Assembly: GCF_028368995.1 (NCBI RefSeq)
Contig: NZ_JAQNDL010000001.1
Span: 3,360,001 to 3,424,000 of the forward strand
DNA: 64,000 nucleotides
Source: Nannocystis bainbridge
Lineage (GTDB): Bacteria > Myxococcota_A > Polyangia > Nannocystales > Nannocystaceae
Direction: 5' to 3'
Shown here one piece after another: positions 57,617 through 64,000 of this stretch. A program made the translations under genes and the position numbers. Under the pieces are notes generated by a model, which saw nothing but the letters and a program-made list of their open reading frames with translations, was not told where the DNA came from and did no database searches. The first letter of the stretch is position 1; every line of letters begins with the position of its first letter.

Positions 57617-58480
57617 GTGATCCGCCCCGCCCCGCTGCTCGCCGCCCTCGTCGCCCTCGCGCCCGCCGTCGCGAGCGCCTACTCGTCGCCCGCGCTGTAC
57701 ACCGCCGACCCCGCGCGCACGGGAGGCGCGGGCGGACGGATCTTCAGCGGCAGCCCCGGCGACGGCTTCACCTGCGGGGTCTGCCACACCGGCGGCCCGC
57801 TGCCGACCCCGGAGATCCGCGGCGGCCCGAACGGCGCTTACAAACCTGGCGCGACGTACATGTTCGAAGTGACATGGCCCGAAGACGTGTTCGGGATCGT
57901 GCTCGAGGCGACCGACCCGGCCGGGGCCCCGCTCGGCACCCTGCGCCTGCCGCCGGCCGACATCCTCGAGGACGACGAGCTGTGCCCGGGCGGGCGCGCG
58001 GCCGAGTGGATCGAGTTCGCCGAGGGCGAAGCGCGCCAGGCGGTCGCGGTCAACGTGTGCGGCTCGCACCGCCTGCGCGTGCAGTGGACCGCCCCCGACA
58101 CCCACCTGCCCGGGGCGATCTACATGGCCGCGGTCGCGGCCGACGATGACGGCACCCCGGCCGGCGACGGCGCGGGCTTCTGGGAGTTCCCGGTCGGCCC
58201 CCCCGCCGCGACCGGCTGCAACCTCGGCGGCGCGCCGCCGTGGTGGGCCCTGCTGCTGCTGACCCGCCGGCGTCGCCGCGCCGCCGCGCTGCTCGGCGTG
58301 CTGTCTCTCGGGGCAGGTTGCGCCCGCGTCCAGCCCTACGAGCGCGGCCGCCTGGCCCAGCCCGACATGCAGCTCAACGGCGACGGTGACCTCGACGCCG
58401 GCCCCGAACACGCCCTCGACTACCGCGAAGGCTCGGCCGGCGGCCTCGGCGGCGGCGGCGGAGGTTGCGGATGCAACTGA
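57617..58480 (+). CDS. Reeler-like CxxCH domain plus MYXO-CTERM-like segment plus DUF4266 fusion
   Basis: Signal peptide, TCGVCH, YKPGATY, VQWTAP, GCNLGG..WWALLLLTRRRRR, then LGAGCARVQPYERGRLA..REGSAGG..GGCGCN. Confidence 0.75.
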   Translation: MIRPAPLLAALVALAPAVASAYSSPALYTADPARTGGAGGRIFSGSPGDGFTCGVCHTGGPLPTPEIRGGPNGAYKPGATYMFEVTWPEDVFGIVLEATDPAGAPLGTLRLPPADILEDDELCPGGRAAEWIEFAEGEARQAVAVNVCGSHRLRVQWTAPDTHLPGAIYMAAVAADDDGTPAGDGAGFWEFPVGPPAATGCNLGGAPPWWALLLLTRRRRRAAALLGVLSLGAGCARVQPYERGRLAQPDMQLNGDGDLDAGPEHALDYREGSAGGLGGGGGGCGCN

Positions 58481-58551
58481 GCGAACCTCGCCGCGCGCCC
58501 CCGTCCTGCGACGCCGACATCCCTCGCGCCTCCTGCCACCCCGGTCACGCC

Positions 58552-59739
58552 ATGCCACGAAGCCTCGCCGTCCTCGCCCTCGTCCTCGCCTGCGCGCCCG
58601 ACGGCGGGGCCCGCTTCGAGTTCCCGGTGAGCGGCGCCGGCGGCAGCGACGGCACCGCCTCGACGACTGCCTACACCACCGGAGGGATCGAGGACTCGCT
58701 GACCTCCGGCGGCCCCGGCCTGCCGCCGCCGCTGCCCACCACCGTCGACCCGAGCGGCGCCACCAGCAGCGACAGCGACACCGGCGGCGGGCCGATCCCC
58801 GCGGCGCTGATCCCCGCCAAGGCCACCTGGCGCTGGCAGCCGCTGCAGGCCGCCGTCGCCGGCGACTGGAAGGTCGTCGGCTTCGATGATGCGACCTGGT
58901 CCGAAGGACAGGCTGCGTTCGGCGACGGCCCCGGCGACGCCACCCCGATCGACGCAACCACCGCCCCGCTCGGCCTGCGCCTGCGCCACACCTTCAGCGT
59001 GCCCGAGGCCGCCGACGACCTGCTGCTGCGCGCCTACCTGCGCCGCGGCGACGGCGTCGCGGTGTGGCTCAACGGCGTCCCGCTGCTGCGCTCCAACCTC
59101 CCGCCCGACCCGCTGGCCGCCGACACCCGGGCCCAGTCCGACCTCAAGGGCAACGAGCCGCTGCGCTACGTCCGGCTCGCCGCCCCGCACGCCAGCCTGC
59201 TCGCCGGCGACAACGTCGTCGCCGTCGAGGTCCGCCGCTATCAATCGGGCGCCGCGGGCATCGGCTTCGACCTCCAGCTCGACGTCTGGGACCTGGCCTA
59301 TGAGCCAGCCGACACCATGACCGCCCAGGTGCGCACGCGGACCTACGGGGGCGAGTACGCCGACGAGCACGTCGGCGTCGCGTGGATTCAGGGCGGCAGC
59401 GGCCTGGTGCGCACGCTGGCGGTGTGGGCCGAGGTCCGCGAGAATCACCTGATCCGCTGGCGCTCGCTGTCGGGCGGCGACAACGCCGACGCGATCACGT
59501 CGGCGACCCGCGGCTCGCACCGCACCACCGACCTCTCTTGGGACCTCAAGGACCAGCTCGGCCAACCAGCCGCGCCCGGGGACTACAAGCTGATGGTCGA
59601 GTTCACCGAGGACAACTCCAACGAGGGCCAGCCGCCCGGCCCGGTGCTCGAGATCCCGTTCACCCTCGGCGGCGGCCCGCACCTCACCGAAGTCCCCGCG
59701 CACCCGCAATTCGCCGACGGCCTGCTCGTGGTCCCCTGA
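58552..59739 (+). CDS. Lipoprotein with beta-sandwich domain and C-terminal DUF2271
   Basis: Lipobox VLAC; DDATWSEGQAAFG, DGVAVWLNG; C-terminal GGEYA..VAWI..VRTL..DAITSAT..WDLKD..GDY..VEFTE. Confidence 0.75.
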   Translation: MPRSLAVLALVLACAPDGGARFEFPVSGAGGSDGTASTTAYTTGGIEDSLTSGGPGLPPPLPTTVDPSGATSSDSDTGGGPIPAALIPAKATWRWQPLQAAVAGDWKVVGFDDATWSEGQAAFGDGPGDATPIDATTAPLGLRLRHTFSVPEAADDLLLRAYLRRGDGVAVWLNGVPLLRSNLPPDPLAADTRAQSDLKGNEPLRYVRLAAPHASLLAGDNVVAVEVRRYQSGAAGIGFDLQLDVWDLAYEPADTMTAQVRTRTYGGEYADEHVGVAWIQGGSGLVRTLAVWAEVRENHLIRWRSLSGGDNADAITSATRGSHRTTDLSWDLKDQLGQPAAPGDYKLMVEFTEDNSNEGQPPGPVLEIPFTLGGGPHLTEVPAHPQFADGLLVVP

Positions 59740-60210
59740 CCCCACGGCCGCGATTGCAATCAGCCGGACCTATGCGCCGAGTCGCCCCGGGTACAGCGAG
59801 CGTGCGCGCGGCCTCGTCAAGCCCACCGGCTTCGCAGAGCCGGACCCACCCGAGCTGTCTTTGAGGCCAAGTCGCTATCCGACGCAGTGCGTCGCTGTCC
59901 GATCAGACATGTCCTAAAAGACATTGTATCCTGCCGCCCGCGGCGCCCCGCTGCGGCGCGCCGTTTCGAGCGACGATCCCCGGCGGTCGCCGCGTAACCA
60001 ACGTGGCAGCAATGTGGGCACAGGTATTGCCTGCACGCCTGCGCTGCGGCCCGGTCCGCTGGCGCCGACGCCCCCGCGGCCGATCTTGCCCGCCCCCGCG
60101 CTCGCAAGCGCGTCGGGGACATGTCCCGAAGGACATATCGACAGTCCGCGTGCGCGGCGGTCCGTGGCCCTTGACGGGGCCTGGCCGCGCGGGGCAGGCT
60201 GACCGGACAC

Positions 60211-61614
60211 ATGGCCGCTCGCTTTCGTCCCGACCCGACCTTCTATCCGTCGCCGACGATGGCGATGCAGGCCCCGCCGGAGCAGCTCGCCTACGTGGTG
60301 CTGCTCGACCCGACCGGCAAGCAGCGGCCCGACGCGATGGCGGTGGTCGACCTCGACCCGGCCTCGAAGAGCTTCGCCCAGGTGGTCGGCCAGCTCGACA
60401 TGCCGAACATCGGCGACGAGCTGCACCACTTCGGCTGGAACGCCTGCAGCGCGTGCCTGTGCCCGTACGCCCCGCACCCGCACGTCGAGCGCCGCTACCT
60501 CGTGGTCCCTGGCATCAACTCGTCGCGGATCTACATCCTCGACACCCAGCCCGACCCCAAGCGGCCGCACATCGTCCGCACCATCGAGCCCGACGAGGTG
60601 TTCCGCAAGACCGGCTACGCCAGCCCGCACACGACCCACTGCGGGCCCGAGGGCATCTACGTCAGCGCCCTCGGTGCGCCCGACGGCGGCGGCCCGGGCG
60701 GCATCTTCATGCTCGACCACGAGACCTTCGACATCCGCGGCCGCTGGGAGATCGATCGCGGGCCGCAGGAGCTTCACTACGATTTCTGGTGGCACCTCGG
60801 CCACGACACCCTGATCTCGAGCGAGTGGGGCACGCCGAGCATGGTCCGCAACGGCCTCGACGCCGAGGCGCTGCTGGCCGGCAAGTACGGCCACGCGCTG
60901 CACATCTGGGACCTGCGGCGGCGCAAGCACCTCGAGCGGCTCGAGCTCGGCGCCGAGCAGCAGATGGTCCTCGAGCTGCGCCCGGCCCACAACCCGACCC
61001 GCCCTTGGGGCTTCGTCGGCGTGGTCGTCTCGCTCAAGGACCTCTCGGCCTCGATCTGGTTGTGGTTCCTCGAGAACGGCAAGTGGCAGATCAAGAAGGT
61101 CATCGAGATCCCCGCCGAGCCGGCCGACCCGGCCCTGCTGCCGCCGCTGCTCAAGGGCTTCGGCGCCGTGCCCCCGCTCGTCACCGACATCAACCTCTCG
61201 CTCGACGACAAGACCCTCTACGTCTCGTGCTGGGGCACCGGCGAGTTCCTCCAGTACGACGTGTCCGACCCGCACAACCCCAAGAAGACCGGCAGCGTCC
61301 ACCTCGGCGGGATCGTCCGCAAGGCCGCGCACCCGAGCCGGCCCGACCTCGAGCTCGGCGGCGGCCCGCAGATGGTCGAGATCAGCCGCGACGGTCGCCG
61401 GGTCTACTTCACCAATTCGCTGTACGCCCCGTGGGACGCGCAATTCTACCCGGCCGGCTTCGACGGCTGGATGGTCAAGCTCGACATCCCTGAAGGCGGC
61501 AAGGGCATGACGCTCGACCCGAACTTCTTCCTGCAGTTCGAGCCCGGCCTGCGCGGCCACCAGATCCGCCTCCAGGGCGGTGACGCCTCCTCCGACTCCT
61601 ACTGCTACCCATGA
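60211..61614 (+). CDS. Selenium-binding protein SBP56 / methanethiol oxidase-like
   Basis: DELHHFGWNACSAC, SSRIY, PHTTHC, YDFWW, SSEWG, GGPQM, DAQFYP, GGDASSD. Confidence 0.93.
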   Translation: MAARFRPDPTFYPSPTMAMQAPPEQLAYVVLLDPTGKQRPDAMAVVDLDPASKSFAQVVGQLDMPNIGDELHHFGWNACSACLCPYAPHPHVERRYLVVPGINSSRIYILDTQPDPKRPHIVRTIEPDEVFRKTGYASPHTTHCGPEGIYVSALGAPDGGGPGGIFMLDHETFDIRGRWEIDRGPQELHYDFWWHLGHDTLISSEWGTPSMVRNGLDAEALLAGKYGHALHIWDLRRRKHLERLELGAEQQMVLELRPAHNPTRPWGFVGVVVSLKDLSASIWLWFLENGKWQIKKVIEIPAEPADPALLPPLLKGFGAVPPLVTDINLSLDDKTLYVSCWGTGEFLQYDVSDPHNPKKTGSVHLGGIVRKAAHPSRPDLELGGGPQMVEISRDGRRVYFTNSLYAPWDAQFYPAGFDGWMVKLDIPEGGKGMTLDPNFFLQFEPGLRGHQIRLQGGDASSDSYCYP

Positions 61615-62333
61615 GCGACGCACAGGCATGGCTGGCCCTCCTGGGCCTCGGCGCCTTCCACGGCATCAACCCGGGGATGGGCTGGCTGTTCGCGGTGGCG
61701 CTCGGCCTGCAGGAGCAGCGCCGCGCCGCCGTCCTGCGCGCGCTGCTGCCGATCGCTCTCGGCCACGCGCTGTCGATCGCGGTCGTCCTGCTCGTCATCG
61801 GCGTGCTCAAGGACGTCCTGCCCGACGCGTGGGTGCGCTGGCCGGTCGGCCTCGGCCTCACCGGCTTCGGCCTCTACAAGTTGGTCCGCTGCCGTCACCC
61901 GCGATGGGTCGGCATGCGCGTCAGCTCGCTCGACCTGACGTGGTGGAGCTTCTTGATGGCCACCGCCCACGGCGCCGGCCTGATGCTCGCCCCGGTGCTG
62001 CTCGGCTGGCGCGACGGCCCGGCTGTTGAACAGGCTTCAACCCACCACGAGCACATGCATCACGCGGGCCATCACGCGCAGCACGCCGTCGAAGCCGCCG
62101 GCGGTCACGCCGGCCACGCCCAGCACCTCGCGGAGCTGGGCGCCTCGACCCCGCTGCTCGGCCTGGCCGCCACCGGCCTGCACACGCTCGGCTACTTGCT
62201 GGTGATGGGCCTCGTCGCGGTCGTGGTCTACGAGAAGGTCGGCCTGGCGATCCTCCGCAAGGCGTGGTTCAACCTCGACGTGGTGTGGGCCGCGGCGCTC
62301 GTGATCACCGGCATCGTCACGCTGACGCTGTGA
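61611..62333 (+). CDS. His-rich integral membrane protein
   Basis: GAFHGINPGMGWLFAVALG, MATAHGAGLML, His-rich loop, WFNLD; ATGA-coupled to SBP56. Confidence 0.8.
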   Translation: MSDAQAWLALLGLGAFHGINPGMGWLFAVALGLQEQRRAAVLRALLPIALGHALSIAVVLLVIGVLKDVLPDAWVRWPVGLGLTGFGLYKLVRCRHPRWVGMRVSSLDLTWWSFLMATAHGAGLMLAPVLLGWRDGPAVEQASTHHEHMHHAGHHAQHAVEAAGGHAGHAQHLAELGASTPLLGLAATGLHTLGYLLVMGLVAVVVYEKVGLAILRKAWFNLDVVWAAALVITGIVTLTL

Positions 62334-62454
62334 TGCGCGCGCCTGCGCCTCAGCCTGCTCGCGCCCGCCGCTGCCCACACGTGTGGAGTCGCGGCGGCGC
62401 GGTCGGGCGGGGTATGATGGCGGCCGCGCGGGGCACCGCGCGAGGAGGATGACA

Positions 62455-63651
62455 ATGGCGATCGACACGGACCTGGCCGCCCGGGTGGCCATGCAGTACG
62501 AGCCCGCGACCTATCGCCGACGCATCGCCGGGCACGACGTCATCATCCACTGTCATCACTACAACGCGCGCCTGCAGCGGACCATCGAGGGCGCGCGCGG
62601 CATCGACGGCAAGGCCATCCTCGTCGGCGCCGCCGAGACCGTGTTCGCCGATCAGCTGGCCCAGGCCATGCGCGCGGGCGACGACGAAGCGCGCCGCTGG
62701 GCCGTCGCCGAGCAGCTCTACCGCCACCTCGGCTTCGGTCGCATCGACCTGTCGCAGATCGCCGCGGGCGTCGTCACCGCCGATTCGTCGCACTTCGTCG
62801 AGGGCTGGCTGGCCGGCCTCGGCGACGCCGCCGGCAGCGTCTGCAGCTTCACCGAGGGCTACCTCCAGGGGGCCGTGCACGCCGTCACCGGCGCCGCCGT
62901 GCGCGTGCGCGAGGTCGAGTGCATGGCCCGCGGCGCCGCGCGCTGCCGCTTCGAGGTCGACCACGGCCCGCGCGAGCCGATCGCCGCCGATCGCAAGGAC
63001 CCGGCGATCGCCGCCCCGCGCGAGCCGGGCGCCGGCTGGCTGCGCTCGCCCAACGTCGACGAGCAGGCCATCATCGACGCCGTCGTCGGCATGCCGATGG
63101 TCGGCGACGACGCCGGCCTCATCCCCGCCTTCAGCGTCTACCTCGCCAACATGCCGGCCGACTTCTACAACCGGATCTGCATCGGCTTCGTCGAGGCCAT
63201 GCGCGGCCTCGGGCGCGACAAGGCCGCCATTCGCTTGCTGGTCTCCGACGCCGAGCACTGCGGCATGAACACCTTCCGCGGCATCATGCACTCGCCCGAG
63301 TGGGACGGCCTCATCGCCCCCATGGTGCGCGACCGGGCCGACGCCCTGCACGCCATCATCGCCATCAGCAACGCGCTCGGCTGGGGCGACTGGCACGTCA
63401 CCGCCCACACCCCGCGCTCGCTCGCGCTCGAGTCGCGCTACGGCTACGAGGCCGTCGGCTACCGCGAGTACCGCGGCCTGGCCGCGACCCCGCAGTGCGC
63501 CATGCTCACCGGCGTCGCCGCCGGCGTCATGGAGCTCGTCTACGGCGAGGGCACCGTCGAGGACCGCTACGGCACCTTCGCCGCCCACGAGGACCGCTGC
63601 GTCAGCTGCGGCGAGCCCTCGTGCAACTTCGCCGTCGAGCAGGTGGAGTAG
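62455..63651 (+). CDS. Tandem 4-vinyl reductase (V4R) domain protein
   Basis: GAGGAGG RBS; HCHHYN; LGFG..VC..GYL.G..EVECMARG..CRF; second copy LGWG..QC..EDRC..G...CNF. Confidence 0.8.
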   Translation: MAIDTDLAARVAMQYEPATYRRRIAGHDVIIHCHHYNARLQRTIEGARGIDGKAILVGAAETVFADQLAQAMRAGDDEARRWAVAEQLYRHLGFGRIDLSQIAAGVVTADSSHFVEGWLAGLGDAAGSVCSFTEGYLQGAVHAVTGAAVRVREVECMARGAARCRFEVDHGPREPIAADRKDPAIAAPREPGAGWLRSPNVDEQAIIDAVVGMPMVGDDAGLIPAFSVYLANMPADFYNRICIGFVEAMRGLGRDKAAIRLLVSDAEHCGMNTFRGIMHSPEWDGLIAPMVRDRADALHAIIAISNALGWGDWHVTAHTPRSLALESRYGYEAVGYREYRGLAATPQCAMLTGVAAGVMELVYGEGTVEDRYGTFAAHEDRCVSCGEPSCNFAVEQVE

Positions 63652-63659
63652 GCGCCCGC

Positions 63660-63929
63660 ATGCACCGCGAGAAGGTCCCCGCCTGCGTGCATCCGGAGAC
63701 CTACAAGTACTTCCTCGACCGCGACGCCGTCGTCCCGACCTGGCAGCAGCTGGCCGCGCGCTGGGGCGAGCCGCGCCACAACCCCGGCTTCCGCACCATG
63801 GAGATCGCAGCGCCGCGGTTCACCTTGCGCGCCACCGTGCTCGGCAACCCGATTACCGTCCTGCGCAAGCGCGAGTGCACCGCCGACGACCTCGCCGAGC
63901 TGCACGCGCTCCTGGGGTACCGCGAATGA
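63660..63929 (+). CDS. Small hypothetical protein
   Basis: In operon after the V4R gene; ATGA overlap with the next ORF. Confidence 0.6.
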   Translation: MHREKVPACVHPETYKYFLDRDAVVPTWQQLAARWGEPRHNPGFRTMEIAAPRFTLRATVLGNPITVLRKRECTADDLAELHALLGYRE

Positions 63930-64000
63930 CGGGCGACCTCGTCGGCGCGACCTCGTGGGCCCACGAGCTCGAGCTCGACGCCGAGCTGCGGATCGTCAGC
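63926..64000 (+). CDS. 5' end of a gene running off the window
   Basis: ATG overlaps the previous stop; MTGDLVGATSWAHELELDAELRIVS. Confidence 0.4.
   Translation, partial: MTGDLVGATSWAHELELDAELRIVS

Overview
This is a very GC-rich myxobacterial chromosome segment, most like Nannocystis: many Thr/Ser-rich lipoproteins, an ECF sigma/anti-sigma pair and a MYXO-CTERM-like tail. It holds about 50 plausible genes. I saw no rRNA, tRNA or CRISPR array. Main content: (1) An eight-gene MoxR/vWA/FtsH-like/radical-SAM 'ternary' conflict operon at 18.3-29.0 kb. (2) A complete group II intron at 33917-35930 (minus strand), inserted at a start codon. The host ATG runs in frame into the RT, and the intron 3' end supplies a new RBS and ATG for the interrupted gene. 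(3) A T6SS effector/adaptor cassette (DUF4150, putative Cys-His-Asp effector, lipoprotein, thiolase-like protein, DUF2169), bracketed by a direct repeat of the 3' end of a divergent EF-Tu paralog that lacks the catalytic His. (4) An RbfA-paralog + RtcB operon behind a strongly structured leader, a candidate 30S rRNA repair module. (5) A low-GC KAP NTPase insertion. (6) A DUF3570/TlpA/DUF4266/DUF2271 cluster with Fur-like boxes. (7) A spaced palindrome, TGTC-N6-GACA, dispersed across the window (24 or more perfect copies, often chained with a 14-bp period, both intergenic and inside genes), which no annotated feature explains. All assignments come from reading motifs by eye; no searches were run.
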